Source of the DNA: an uncultured candidatus Porisulfidus sp.
GTDB lineage: Bacteria > Pseudomonadota > Gammaproteobacteria > Poriferisulfidales > Poriferisulfidaceae
Assembly (NCBI GenBank): GCA_965116025.1
Contig: OZ220480.1
Location: forward strand, 1,600,001 to 1,664,000
Length of the DNA stretch: 64,000 bases
Reading direction: 5' to 3'
In this document: in pieces, positions 20,538-30,424 of the stretch
How the letters are laid out: each line of letters starts with the position of its first letter
Position numbering within the stretch: the first letter of the stretch is position 1
Program-made: the position numbers and the translations under genes
The notes under the pieces: generated by a model
Database searches by the model: none
Told to the model about the DNA's origin: nothing
What the model saw: only the letters and a program-made list of their open reading frames with translations

Positions 20538-21166
20538 GGCGCGCGCGACGCGTCGCACGACGCCCCGCCACGCGTTCACCCGCTATTCGAATCGTGGTCG
20601 CCACGGAAGGAGAGTTGACCGAACCAGAATATATCAAAGCGTTCAGTCGAATCCATGGAAATAAATCCGTGCAGGTCGTTCTGGCGCCAGTCGGTGGTGA
20701 CCCGCGAGCGGTAGTCGAGCGGGCGATCAGAGAGTTGGAGAAATCGAAGCGGGACCGACTTGCGGCGAACGATTCCATATGGGCCATGTTCGATCGGGAT
20801 AACCATCCGAGATTCGACGAGGCGAGAGATCTGGCACGTAACAAAGGTATCCAGCTGGCCATATCGAATCCGTGTTTCGAATTGTGGGGAATTCTTCATT
20901 ACCAAGAGCAGGACGCTCATCTTGAGAGCCGCGAGTGCCAGCGACAGTTTGGGCGATTGTGCCCAGGTTACAATGCTGGAACTGGCAAGGTTTTCGACGA
21001 TCATGAAGCGATCCAACAGCGCCATTCGGATGCCGTCAAAAGAGCCACCCTGTTGGCTCGGCGCAGGGAGGAAGAAGGGAAGCCGGGAGGGAATCCATCT
21101 ACGACCGTTCATCTACTCACGAAATTGATACGGAGTTTCCGGCATGGTGAGAAATGTGGTGAATGA
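20534..21166 (+). CDS. rloB: RloB family protein (AbiLii-like)
   Basis: VATEG..TEPEY, WAMFDRD, SNPCFELW..LHY, NPSTTV; ATGA overlap with the ATPase. Confidence 0.9.
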   Translation: MRRARRVARRPATRSPAIRIVVATEGELTEPEYIKAFSRIHGNKSVQVVLAPVGGDPRAVVERAIRELEKSKRDRLAANDSIWAMFDRDNHPRFDEARDLARNKGIQLAISNPCFELWGILHYQEQDAHLESRECQRQFGRLCPGYNAGTGKVFDDHEAIQQRHSDAVKRATLLARRREEEGKPGGNPSTTVHLLTKLIRSFRHGEKCGE

Positions 21167-21353
21167 TTCGCGGGACGCTCTACGTCTGGCATCACGCGTT
21201 CGCTAACCCGGATGTTGCCACGGTCGGGCCAAAGCGAGGATGTTTTTCTCCAGATCGCTTCATCTGGAGCTCGAGAAGGATGGATTGATTTGGCGTTTTC
21301 CGCGCTCATGGACTATGATGGCGCATGGACACAGTACATAGAACCGAAAGTTG

Positions 21354-22820
21354 ATGGGCGTTCCTATCGAAGAGGCGCTGACGTTCGACGATGTGCTTCT
21401 GGTGCCGGGCCATTCCGAAGTCTTGCCACGCGATGTCGAGCTGAGGGCGCGGCTGACCCGAAACATCGAGCTCCGCGTCCCTTTCGTCTCGGCGGCCATG
21501 GATACGGTGACCGAGGCGGACCTAGCCATCGCGATCGCCCAAGAGGGAGGCTTGGGCGTGGTGCACAAGAATCAAGGCATTGACGAGCAAGCGGAGCAGG
21601 TGCGACGGGTCAAGAAGTTCGAGAGCGGAGTCATCCGCGAGCCCTTGACGATTCATCCGGATGCCAGTGTCGGCGAGGTGATGGAGCTGACGCGCTCGCA
21701 TGACATTTCCGGCGTGCCGGTGGTGGATGGCGAGGACTTGGTTGGCATCGTCACGCATCGGGATTTGCGTTTCGAGACGCATCTCAACGAGCCCGTGAGC
21801 ACCATCATGACCCCGAGAGACCGTTTGGTCACCGCGCCGGAGGGGACGAGTCTCGAGGTCGTGCAGGACCTATTGCGCCAGCATCGCATCGAAAAACTCC
21901 TGATCGTCGATTCAGGCTTCCACCTGCGCGGCATGGTGACCGTCAAGGACATTCAGAAATCTCGAGACTATCCGAATTCCTGCAAGGACGAGCATGGCCG
22001 ATTGCGAGTCGGTGGCGCGGTAGGCGCGGAGGTGGAGGGCCTGCGGCGCGTGGAGGCGCTGGTGGAGGCTGGCGCGGACGTGGTGACGCTGGACAGCGCG
22101 CACGGACATGCGGAAGGCGTGTTGCGGCGAGTGCGGGAAATTCGTGCCGCGCATCCAGATCTGGAATTGATCGCGGGCAACGTCGCGACTCAGGCGGGAG
22201 CCTTGGCATTGGCGGAGGCTGGGGCGAGCGCGGTCAAGGTCGGGGTCGGCCCGGGCTCGATCTGCACAACGCGAGTGGTCGCCGGGGTTGGGATGCCCCA
22301 GGTCACCGCGATTCGCGAGGCGTGTTCCGCCTTGAGGGACCAAGGGGTCCCAGTAATCGCGGATGGCGGAGTTCGTTATTCGGGCGATGCCGTTAAGGCG
22401 TTGGCGGCCGGGGCTTCGACCGTGATGGTCGGCAGCCTGTTGGCGGGCACTCGGGAAGCGCCTGGCGAAGTCGAGCTCTACCAGGGTCGGTCGTATAAGT
22501 TGTATCGTGGCATGGGCTCGCTCGGCGCCATGCAGCGCGGATCCCGGGAGCGATACTTCCAAGGCGAGGAGCGGGAATCCTCGAAGCTCGTGCCCGAGGG
22601 CATTGAGGGGCGAGTCCCTTACAAGGGACCTCTGTCCGGGGTTATTCACCAGCTGGTCGGTGGCGTGCGTTCTGGAATGGGCTATGTGGGCGCGCGCGAC
22701 TTGGATGAGCTGCACCGTCGTGCCCGGATGGTCCGGGTGACGCTCGCGGGCCTGCGCGAAGGTCACGCGCACGACGTACTGATTACCAAAGAGGCGCCCA
22801 ATTATCGGACCGAGACCTGA
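21354..22820 (+). CDS. guaB: IMP dehydrogenase
   Basis: [21 protein letters not shown] pair, [24 protein letters not shown]. Confidence 0.98.
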   Translation: MGVPIEEALTFDDVLLVPGHSEVLPRDVELRARLTRNIELRVPFVSAAMDTVTEADLAIAIAQEGGLGVVHKNQGIDEQAEQVRRVKKFESGVIREPLTIHPDASVGEVMELTRSHDISGVPVVDGEDLVGIVTHRDLRFETHLNEPVSTIMTPRDRLVTAPEGTSLEVVQDLLRQHRIEKLLIVDSGFHLRGMVTVKDIQKSRDYPNSCKDEHGRLRVGGAVGAEVEGLRRVEALVEAGADVVTLDSAHGHAEGVLRRVREIRAAHPDLELIAGNVATQAGALALAEAGASAVKVGVGPGSICTTRVVAGVGMPQVTAIREACSALRDQGVPVIADGGVRYSGDAVKALAAGASTVMVGSLLAGTREAPGEVELYQGRSYKLYRGMGSLGAMQRGSRERYFQGEERESSKLVPEGIEGRVPYKGPLSGVIHQLVGGVRSGMGYVGARDLDELHRRARMVRVTLAGLREGHAHDVLITKEAPNYRTET

Positions 22821-22824
22821 TCCG

Positions 22825-24384
22825 GTGACCGCGGACATCCATTCCGAACGGATCCTGGTGCTGGATTTCGGCTCGCAATACGCGCAGCTGATCGCCCGCC
22901 GAGTGCGCGAGGCGGGGTGCTATTGCGAGATCTACGCTTGCGACGCGCCCGAGAGCCAAATTCGGGGATTCCGGCCCCGAGGCGCGATCTTATCGGGTGG
23001 CCCGGAGACCGCCACAGATCACGCTCACCCGCCGGTTCCGGACGCGATCCTCGAGATGGATATCCCGGTGCTTGGCATCTGCTACGGCATGCAGGTTCTG
23101 GCTCGTCGGCATGGTGCCGAGGTGCATGCCGGGGCGCGCCGGGAATTCGGATTGGCGACCTTGCGCCCGAGTGAGGCGCATCCGCTCATCGAGGCGCTGG
23201 GCGATGGCGAGAAGCTCGCAGTATGGATGTCGCATGGTGATCACGTCGACACGGTGCCAGAAGGGTTTCGGGTGATCGCGTCGACCGACAGCGTGCCGAT
23301 CGCGGCTCTGGCGCACGAGACGCGGCCTTGGTTCGGCCTGCAGTTTCATCCAGAAGTCACGCATACCCCGGGTGGGCAGAGATTGATCGAGCGTTTCGCG
23401 CGGGATTATTGCGGTTGCCGGGGTCTGTGGCGGCCCGACGCGATCATCAAGGACAGAATTGAGGCGGCGCGCGCGCTGGTAGGAGAAGATGGCGTGGTGC
23501 TGGCGCTGTCCGGTGGCGTGGACTCCTCGGTCGTCGCGGCGTTGCTCGCGCGAGCTATCGGGGATCAGCTAACATGCATTTTCGTGGACAATGGCTTGCT
23601 ACGCGCTGGCGAAGCCGAGCAGGTGCGCGAGACTTTCGCGGGGCACTCGGGGGCGCGGTTGGTCCAGGTGGATGCTCGGGAGCGCTTTCTTTCCGCCTTG
23701 GTTGGCGTGACGGACCCAGAAGAGAAGCGGAAAACCATTGGGCGCGAGTTTGTCCATGTGTTCCAGGAACAGGCCGAGCGATTGCCAAATGCGCGATGGC
23801 TGGCGCAAGGCACGATTTACCCGGATGTCATCGAATCCGCCGCGGCCGCGACTGGCAAGGCTCATTTAATAAAGTCGCATCACAACGTCGGTGGACTTCC
23901 GGAAACGTTGCGCCTGCGGCTGATCGAGCCGCTACGAGAGCTGTTCAAGGATGAGGTGCGATCGGTCGGGCGCGCGCTGGGCTTACCGTGCGAGTTGCTG
24001 GAACGTCATCCGTTCCCTGGCCCGGGCTTGGGCGTGCGCGTCCTAGGCGAGGCGCGGCCCGAATACGTGGTTCTGGCGCGCGCGGCGGATCGGATTTTCA
24101 TTGAGGAGTTGCGCGCTTGGGATCTGTACGACAAGGTGGCGCAGGCGTTCGTGGTGTTCTTGCCGGTGCGGGCCGTCGGAGTCATGGGAGACGGCAGGCG
24201 TTACGATTACGTTGTGACGTTGCGGGCGGTGGAGACGCAGGATTTCATGACCGCGCGCTGGGCACGCCTGCCGGACGAGTTTCTGGACCAGTGCGCGCGG
24301 CGCGTCATCAACGAGGTTGACGGTATCGCCCGAGTATGCTACGACATATCGGGCAAGCCGCCGGCGACCGTGGAGTGGGAATGA
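22825..24384 (+). CDS. guaA: GMP synthase (glutamine-hydrolysing)
   Basis: [46 protein letters not shown]. Confidence 0.98.
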   Translation: MTADIHSERILVLDFGSQYAQLIARRVREAGCYCEIYACDAPESQIRGFRPRGAILSGGPETATDHAHPPVPDAILEMDIPVLGICYGMQVLARRHGAEVHAGARREFGLATLRPSEAHPLIEALGDGEKLAVWMSHGDHVDTVPEGFRVIASTDSVPIAALAHETRPWFGLQFHPEVTHTPGGQRLIERFARDYCGCRGLWRPDAIIKDRIEAARALVGEDGVVLALSGGVDSSVVAALLARAIGDQLTCIFVDNGLLRAGEAEQVRETFAGHSGARLVQVDARERFLSALVGVTDPEEKRKTIGREFVHVFQEQAERLPNARWLAQGTIYPDVIESAAAATGKAHLIKSHHNVGGLPETLRLRLIEPLRELFKDEVRSVGRALGLPCELLERHPFPGPGLGVRVLGEARPEYVVLARAADRIFIEELRAWDLYDKVAQAFVVFLPVRAVGVMGDGRRYDYVVTLRAVETQDFMTARWARLPDEFLDQCARRVINEVDGIARVCYDISGKPPATVEWE

Positions 24385-24419
24385 TTCCACGTCTGGCACC
24401 GGCAGGCATCAAACAGCAT

Positions 24420-24656
24420 ATAGATTCAATCAATGCTGCCATGTTTCACAATGAACGGCATGCATCGATGACTCAAACAATTTCATTGGATAGGATTCTT
24501 ACGGAAACGGATGGGCCGTTCACTCGAATGGGCGATAGGCGATCGAAACTATCCGATATCGCAATTGTTGTCGAAAAACTCGGCCGTCCGCATCAGATGC
24601 CGACTGAACAAGTCTCAGCCACTGTTCTCGACAATCTTAAGAAATTTGGCAAATAG
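24420..24656 (+). pseudogene. C-terminal fragment of a TatD-family nuclease (QatD-like)
   Basis: SINAAMF...SLDRILTETDGPF...LDNLKK matches the TatD C-terminal ETDxP motif; the N-terminal two-thirds are missing. Confidence 0.65.
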
Positions 24657-24667
24657 GCAGGGATGAC

Positions 24668-24772
24668 AGCCAGAACCAAGGCACCGAATTCTACATCCAC
24701 GGCAAGGATGGGAAGACCCAGAACAAGGATAGCCACGGGAATGATCCATATCCGCCGAAGGTTGATTTTTAG
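24668..24772 (+). pseudogene. C-terminal fragment of a DUF2188 family protein
   Basis: Manual translation SQNQGTEFYIHGKDGKTQNKDSHGNDPYPPK matches the IHG.DG.I...DS.GNDP.PP pattern; no start codon. Confidence 0.6.
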
Positions 24773-24875
24773 AACGATTCAAGATGCACGCTCATTTCCA
24801 ACGACCCAACCGCCAGATTCGTGTGTCACTGCGTAGAAAACAAGGGTTGTCTGGAAATGAGGTGTCGTGTGGGCT

Positions 24876-24903
24876 TTGCAAAAGGTAATATATATGCTAC
24901 TAT
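24876..24903 (+). promoter_or_regulatory. Putative sigma70 promoter/operator of the TA module
   Basis: TTGCAA-N16-TACTAT with an AT-rich imperfect palindrome in the spacer; near-leaderless to ATG 24913. Confidence 0.45.
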
Positions 24904-24912
24904 ATGGATCCT

Positions 24913-25221
24913 ATGATAGAGGTTAGAGAATACCTCGATGATGAGGGAAACAGTCCTTATGCCAAATGGTTCGATCATCTGAATGTGGCCGCTGCGGTCA
25001 AGGTCGCGACAGCTGTCCATAGGATGGAGCAGGGTAACTTCTCTAATGTGAAAGGCGTTGGTGCTGGCGTCTGTGAGTACCGAATCTATTTTGGCAAGGA
25101 CGGGGACCGGTTGGTGGTGTTGCTGGCGGGTGGCACCAAGAAACGCCAGAACGCAGACATTGCTGCCGCAAAAGGGCACTGGCGCGACTATAAGATCTGG
25201 AAACGGCAAGAGGTGACATGA
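24913..25221 (+). CDS. RelE/ParE-family addiction-module killer toxin (HI1419-like), with an apparent internal deletion
   Basis: MIEVREYLD..G.SP...W, R.EQGNFS.VKGVG.GV.EYRI, YFGKDG..LV.LLAGGTK. Confidence 0.85.
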   Translation: MIEVREYLDDEGNSPYAKWFDHLNVAAAVKVATAVHRMEQGNFSNVKGVGAGVCEYRIYFGKDGDRLVVLLAGGTKKRQNADIAAAKGHWRDYKIWKRQEVT

Positions 25222-25544
25222 TGGCTTTGACGAAAGATTTTAAGGATACCATTCAGGCACGCGCCCAACGGGATCCGGCGTTCCGCAAGGCCCTACTGCA
25301 AGAAGGGGTCGAATGCCTGCTTGCCGGTGATGTTGATACCGGCAAAGCGGTGTTGCGCGACTATATCAACGCGATGATCGGATTCGAGAAACTCTCCCAG
25401 GTCTTCGACAAATCAAGCAAGAGTCTCATGCGCATGTTCGGTCCAAAAGGCAATCCCCAGGCGAGCAACCTGTTCGCGGTGATCCAATACCTGCAGGAGC
25501 AGGAGGGCATACATCTGGAAGTCAAAGCCCGGAAGGTGGCCTAG
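25218..25544 (+). CDS. Addiction-module antidote (HTH antitoxin)
   Basis: MALTKDFK.T...RA.RDP.FR..LL.E...GK..LRDYINA.IGF..L...KSLMRM.GP.GNP; overlaps the toxin stop. Confidence 0.9.
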   Translation: MMALTKDFKDTIQARAQRDPAFRKALLQEGVECLLAGDVDTGKAVLRDYINAMIGFEKLSQVFDKSSKSLMRMFGPKGNPQASNLFAVIQYLQEQEGIHLEVKARKVA

Positions 25545-25785
25545 GGTGCTGCCAAGAAGTTTTAAATCGGCAATTTTTCGAGTATTTTGAAGAATTTTCT
25601 GAGCATGGTGTTTTCCGCGCGCCGTAACGGAAAAGGTAGCAAAACCACGTATGGAAAATCGGCGTAATCATGGTATCAGTGGTCGGCGCTCAGATACCGC
25701 CTTCTGAACGAGCGTAGCGTGGTTATGCTGGTGGGTACTGTTGATCTCGGTGCCTACCCCCATTTCCGAAAAGCGTGTCCTTGTG

Positions 25786-27039
25786 TTATTTCAGTGCATG
25801 CCAACCAGGTACGGCCTTGGTGAACTCTTCTTGAAATGACGGACGTTTGATGTTGTCCTTTTTGACTTTGAGCGCGAAGTCACGCCAGCGAGATGGATCA
25901 CGCAGCACATCAACCAACACATGGTGGACCTTCTTCATCACCTGTGCCTTGCGGGTGTATTCCTTGCGCGGGGCGTTGGTCTTGAGGCTGCCCAGTCCTG
26001 ATAAATAGTATTTTAATATCGCCTCGGGATACCTGCCTTCAAGACACTTGGCGGTCTGCAGTTCATAGGTGCCGTCCCAAGCGTAGAAGGGGTGGCGGCT
26101 TCGGGTCAACACCGCCACCGCTTCCTCGTACTCCTTACGGTGCATGCGGATGCGAAGTTGCTCTGTGTCCCAGGCGTTCTCCAGCCGCGCAAGGATTTTC
26201 ACTTCGTAACGCTTCCATTCGGTGACCGTGCATAGCTTCCGAAATGTCTTGTACTTGTCGCAGGTCAGAGGATCGATAGCCTGATCGAACTGTAGTGCCA
26301 GGTAGCGTTCGCGATTGTTGGAGGATTTGACACGCTCGGCAACGAACTGACGCAATTCATCCATGCGGCCTTTTCCCTTGAGCAGTCCTGTCTCCGCAAC
26401 CTCCATGGCCCTCTTTCTTTCACCGGCTTTCCAGTGGAAATCCGCCAAGTCGAAATAGTCGGCGCCAGTGGCCAGTTTGCGTTGGCGCAGCTCAAGATAT
26501 TTTCCATGGTCGCCGAGGCGACGATAAATGCGGCGGGCGTGGTCGAGTTTCCAGTCCTCGCCCATGGTTTCAAAGGCTTGCGCTAGTGCACGCCAATCGT
26601 CGTTGGTATAACAGGTCGCATAGGCCAAGTCGTAGAGATCGTCGTCAAGCCCGGCATTACTGCTTTCGATATAGGGCAGGGCGTTGTCGAGAAGTTTTTG
26701 CCGGTAGTCTGAATCGATCTTTTTCTGTGAAAGCGCCTGTACGATCTCCTGCAGCATTCTCGAAACATGGATGTCGGCATCATAATCGCCGCCACCGTAT
26801 GCATCCAGCTCGTCCAGATCCGGCGCGAGCTCGGCCCACAGGGCCAGTAGTTTTTCACCCTCGGACTGTTTCTTCTGGCTGGGTGACAGGGCAGTATGCC
26901 TGTTCAGGTAGTCGAGGCATTCACGCCGGACAGCGGGCCGTGAGGCGGTCACGCATAGGATCATATCGAGCAGTTTTGCTTTTGGCGCGGTCTCCAGCAA
27001 AGTGGCTAGTGGATCATCCTGTTTACGTTTTCCCGCCAT
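25786..27039 (-). CDS. Hypothetical alpha-helical protein resembling the C-terminal region of SWIM-zinc-finger family proteins
   Basis: 417-aa open frame with helical-repeat character ending KRPSFQEEF; 9-nt gap to the upstream gene. Confidence 0.75.
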   Translation of the reverse strand: MAGKRKQDDPLATLLETAPKAKLLDMILCVTASRPAVRRECLDYLNRHTALSPSQKKQSEGEKLLALWAELAPDLDELDAYGGGDYDADIHVSRMLQEIVQALSQKKIDSDYRQKLLDNALPYIESSNAGLDDDLYDLAYATCYTNDDWRALAQAFETMGEDWKLDHARRIYRRLGDHGKYLELRQRKLATGADYFDLADFHWKAGERKRAMEVAETGLLKGKGRMDELRQFVAERVKSSNNRERYLALQFDQAIDPLTCDKYKTFRKLCTVTEWKRYEVKILARLENAWDTEQLRIRMHRKEYEEAVAVLTRSRHPFYAWDGTYELQTAKCLEGRYPEAILKYYLSGLGSLKTNAPRKEYTRKAQVMKKVHHVLVDVLRDPSRWRDFALKVKKDNIKRPSFQEEFTKAVPGWHALK

Positions 27040-27048
27040 GATGAATTG

Positions 27049-28071
27049 TTACTTGGGAAGCTGAAATTGAACAAACTGGCCCAATAACGGCAGCGCCTTC
27101 ACCCGGTATTCGAAACATAGGGGGCTGTCGGAGACCGGCTCCACCGTCGCCAGACCCAGAAAGTCAGCGAAGTGCACCAGCGATCGCCAGGTGTAACCGA
27201 GGCGCACTGTCTCATCGTCAGAAATGACCTGGCTCGGTGGCGCTTCATCCAACAGCCACGGAAAAGCGCCCAGAAAGGCATCTTCATAAAATACTTGCGG
27301 CCGCCAGGCATCACCGTAGTGGGTAAGCAAGTAAAGTGTGAACAGGAAGGCGCTCTGCATGAATTGCAACTCAGGATGGCCGTCTCTGTATGCCCAGTTG
27401 AACTGCTCAACATAGGTCCTGAAAAGTTTTGGGTAGATGGCGGTCGTGTCGCCCCCGGTCAGCAGTCGGCGACAATCGCGGCTGAGGATGAACCGGCCCT
27501 TGTACTTGCGAATCAACCCCGCTAGTTCGGCCACAAGGCGGGTGACATGCAGATCGTCAAAATCCTCCTCCTGATTGATGCCGACAAATCGGGTTCTCTC
27601 CTGATATTTCCGTTTACCAAAGTAGGTCAGAGCGGTCTCGCGGCAGAAGTTGCGTGGCAGATTGCCCTTGGCGGTCGGTTTGAGGCCCTGCTCGCCGATG
27701 GCGTCGGTCAATAGCTCAAACAAGGTCAGTATCGGCGCGCCCGAGTTGGCGGGGAGCGCCTCCGGAAAACTTACCAGTCCTTGTGATGTGAACGGAAAAT
27801 TAAGCATCTGGTACATCTGCTCCGGCGATAAACCGTGAAATTCGTCCAGCGGTCGACGGTTTTGTTGTTGCGCAATCTGGTCTAGGAATTCCTGCGCTTC
27901 TTCCAGTGAGTTGAACTGCCGGCTTTCGAGCGCTGAGCGCAAGGTCTCGGACATGCCCGCCGTGCCGTGGTTGGATGCGGTGCTATTCTCCTTATCCAGG
28001 CAGCAGCGTTTGAACTTCTTTCCGCTACCGCAAGAGCAGGGATCATCGCGTCCAATGCTCTGTGTCTTCAT
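27049..28071 (-). CDS. SEC-C motif-containing protein
   Basis: N-terminal IGRDDPCSCGSGKKFKRCC; GLSPEQM; KPTAKGNLPR. Confidence 0.85.
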   Translation of the reverse strand: MKTQSIGRDDPCSCGSGKKFKRCCLDKENSTASNHGTAGMSETLRSALESRQFNSLEEAQEFLDQIAQQQNRRPLDEFHGLSPEQMYQMLNFPFTSQGLVSFPEALPANSGAPILTLFELLTDAIGEQGLKPTAKGNLPRNFCRETALTYFGKRKYQERTRFVGINQEEDFDDLHVTRLVAELAGLIRKYKGRFILSRDCRRLLTGGDTTAIYPKLFRTYVEQFNWAYRDGHPELQFMQSAFLFTLYLLTHYGDAWRPQVFYEDAFLGAFPWLLDEAPPSQVISDDETVRLGYTWRSLVHFADFLGLATVEPVSDSPLCFEYRVKALPLLGQFVQFQLPK

Positions 28072-29243
28072 ATCACGACCTGCTCGGAGTTGATTTCATG
28101 CCACGGCAGAACAGTGATGTCGGAGCGATATTGTCGGGTGTCACCACCATAAACCAGCCATGCTTCTCCAGCGGCTTCGCCTGCTAATTTTCGCCAGAAG
28201 TCCAGCCCCTTAAAGTAATCCTTGTTGATGGTTTGCCCGGATTTGATTTCCAGTGGTGACAGTTGGATTCCATGGTCAATCAGCAGATCCACCTCGTGTC
28301 CTGAACGATCATGCCAGAAGTAAAGGTTCGAGGTTTCGCCCGCGTTATAACGAGCCTTGAGCAATTCACTGATGACCCAGGATTCGAACAAGGCGCCCCG
28401 TTGCGCATGGGTAGCCAATTGCTCGCTATTTTGGATGCCGAGCAGCCAGGCGGCAAGACCTGTATCCAGGAAATAGAGTTTGGGCGTTTTGACCAAGCGC
28501 TTGTTGAAGTTCTGGTGATGCGGCGGTAACAGATGCGCGATGTAACTGGCTTCTAGTACGGATACCCAGGACTTGACGGTGTTATGCGTAATGCCGCAGT
28601 CATTGGCCAGCGAGGAAAGATTGAGGAGTTGTCCGGTCCGGCCTGCGCACAATTTCAGGAAGCGTTGAAACGTGCCCAGATCCTGTACCCTGATCAATTG
28701 CCGGACATCGCGTTCAAGATAAGTACGCACATAGTTTCCATGCCACGGGTGTGGTTCGAGTCCTCGGTCGAAGATGGGAGGGTACGCCCCATCAAAGAGT
28801 ATCTTGTCAAGATTTTTGCCAATTTTTCCTGAGTGCTGTAATTCGCCGTAGGTCATTGGTAGCAGCGTCAACAACGCGGCCCGGCCTGCCAGACTCTGCG
28901 TGATGCCTGATAACAGGCCAAACTGCTGGGATCCCGTCAGGATAAATTCGCCGGGTTGTTGCCGCTCATCGACGCGTGTCTGAAGATAAGAAAACAGGGC
29001 AGGGCAGCGTTGCGCCTCGTCCAGGATGGCGCCCCCGCTGAATTGATTCAAAAAACCATGTGGATCCGTTTCAGCGAATTCCCTTTGGTCAAGATCTTCA
29101 AGCGATACATAATGGTGACCGGGAAAGGCATGCCTCACCAGAGTGGACTTGCCGGACTGGCGAGGCCCGGTGACCACAACCACTGGATAGCCACTAGCGA
29201 AGTGTTGAAGCCTGGATTCCGCGTTCCGGGGGATGTAGGTCAC
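28068..29243 (-). CDS. AAA_14 + DUF4143 ATP-binding protein
   Basis: Walker A GPRQSGKST, LDEAQ, LTGS, ESLAGR-like QSLAGR, TYLERDV, KLYFLDTGL, C-terminal EVDL...LEIK nuclease-like motif; GTG start. Confidence 0.92.
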   Translation of the reverse strand: MTYIPRNAESRLQHFASGYPVVVVTGPRQSGKSTLVRHAFPGHHYVSLEDLDQREFAETDPHGFLNQFSGGAILDEAQRCPALFSYLQTRVDERQQPGEFILTGSQQFGLLSGITQSLAGRAALLTLLPMTYGELQHSGKIGKNLDKILFDGAYPPIFDRGLEPHPWHGNYVRTYLERDVRQLIRVQDLGTFQRFLKLCAGRTGQLLNLSSLANDCGITHNTVKSWVSVLEASYIAHLLPPHHQNFNKRLVKTPKLYFLDTGLAAWLLGIQNSEQLATHAQRGALFESWVISELLKARYNAGETSNLYFWHDRSGHEVDLLIDHGIQLSPLEIKSGQTINKDYFKGLDFWRKLAGEAAGEAWLVYGGDTRQYRSDITVLPWHEINSEQVVI

Positions 29244-29272
29244 GGTGGTTTCTGGCCGCCTTACTTGCCTGC

Positions 29273-29320
29273 ATTATGAGAAGAACAAGCTAATTGTCAA
29301 TAACATTGACAATTAGCTTG
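29273..29320 (-). promoter_or_regulatory. Sigma70 promoter (TTGACA-N16-CATAAT) overlapped by a perfect 16-bp inverted repeat
   Basis: CAAGCTAATTGTCAAT-AAC-ATTGACAATTAGCTTG at 29286-29320; minus-strand TTGACA at 29300-29295 and CATAAT at 29278-29273. Confidence 0.75.
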
Positions 29321-29329
29321 GATAGACGC

Positions 29330-30164
29330 GCGCCGGCAAGATCGTGCTGGATAGATGCCTCACGCGGGCGGTGCTGGTTCGGGAGGCGCGGAAGCGCGGC
29401 GTGGCTCTGCGGCAGAGCTACAAGCGGGTCGGGAAAAAGACGCTGATCCTGTGCGGGCGTTACGGATACGCGCGCCAGATGAAGCGCGCGGCGCGCCAGA
29501 CGCGCGCCTTGAAAACGATGCTTGGGCGGGTGGTGCGGGACATTCGGCGGAAGGTTCCGAGCCCGGACGCGGCGCCGGAGACGTTGCTGGAGCGATCCGA
29601 GCGCCTGCTGAAACATAAAGTGCGAGGACAATGGCAAGCCGCGTCGGCGCTACGAGTTCGGCCGCGAGGTCTCGTTCGCGACGACCTCGAAGGGGAACTG
29701 GCTGGCACCGGCGATGAGCCTGGCGGGGAACCCATACGACGGGCGCACGCTGGCCGCCGCGCTGGAGCGAATCGAGTGGCTGGCGAGTCAACGCCCGAAG
29801 CGGGTCTACTGCGATCAGGGGTATCGGGGGCACGGGGTGTCGGGAGAGACGCGGGTGCATGTGGTGGGGAAGATCCCGAAGATGGCGACGCGGACGGCGC
29901 GGAAGTGGATAAAGCGGCGGGCGGCGATCAAGCCGACCATCGGCCATCTGAAATCGGATCACCGGCTGCATCGAAATCGGCTGAAAGGCCGCTCCGGCGA
30001 CCGCGCCAACGCGGTTCTGGCGGCGGCCGGGCACGACTTCGCCAAGCTTTCCCGGGCTTGGAGAAAGTTCCGGGAATTTCTCCTCCGAGGCCGGACGCTC
30101 GGCCTTTCGAGGCGATTTTCTCTCCGTCCCGCATGACCGGGAACGGATACTTCAGCAACGACTA
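29330..30164 (+). mobile_element. IS5-family transposase pseudogene (5'-truncated, frameshifted)
   Basis: LRQSY.RVGK, RQMKRA...LKT.LGRVVRDI.RK, then in other frames YEFG, GNPYDG.TL, D.GYRG, KRRAAI.P.IGHLKSDHRL.RN.LKG. Confidence 0.85.
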
Positions 30165-30300
30165 TTCTATTGAGATGGTGAACGAGAAACCCAACCCGTT
30201 CCGGTGGCGCAAATCGACCGATGACATCCTCGTCAGCATCTGGCGTTTCTGCCTGGTGACAGTCAGCCCCGTCCCGGCTTGCTCGATAACCCGCGATAGT
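30165..30300 (+). mobile_element. IS630-family transposase C-terminal remnant
   Basis: NEKPNPFRWRKSTDDILVSIWRFC resembles the IS630 C-terminal N..PKPF.W.K.AD.IL.SI.RFC. Confidence 0.6.
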
Positions 30301-30424
30301 GGCGCGTCTGGGCGTGCGGGCAAGCTCGCCGTCTGCGCCAACTTCGCGAGCCAGCGCGGCTAGTTCGTCCGGGCATGCAGTTGCTCACGGGCATTGCACG
30401 TCGGCGCAACTCGCCTTACATTGG

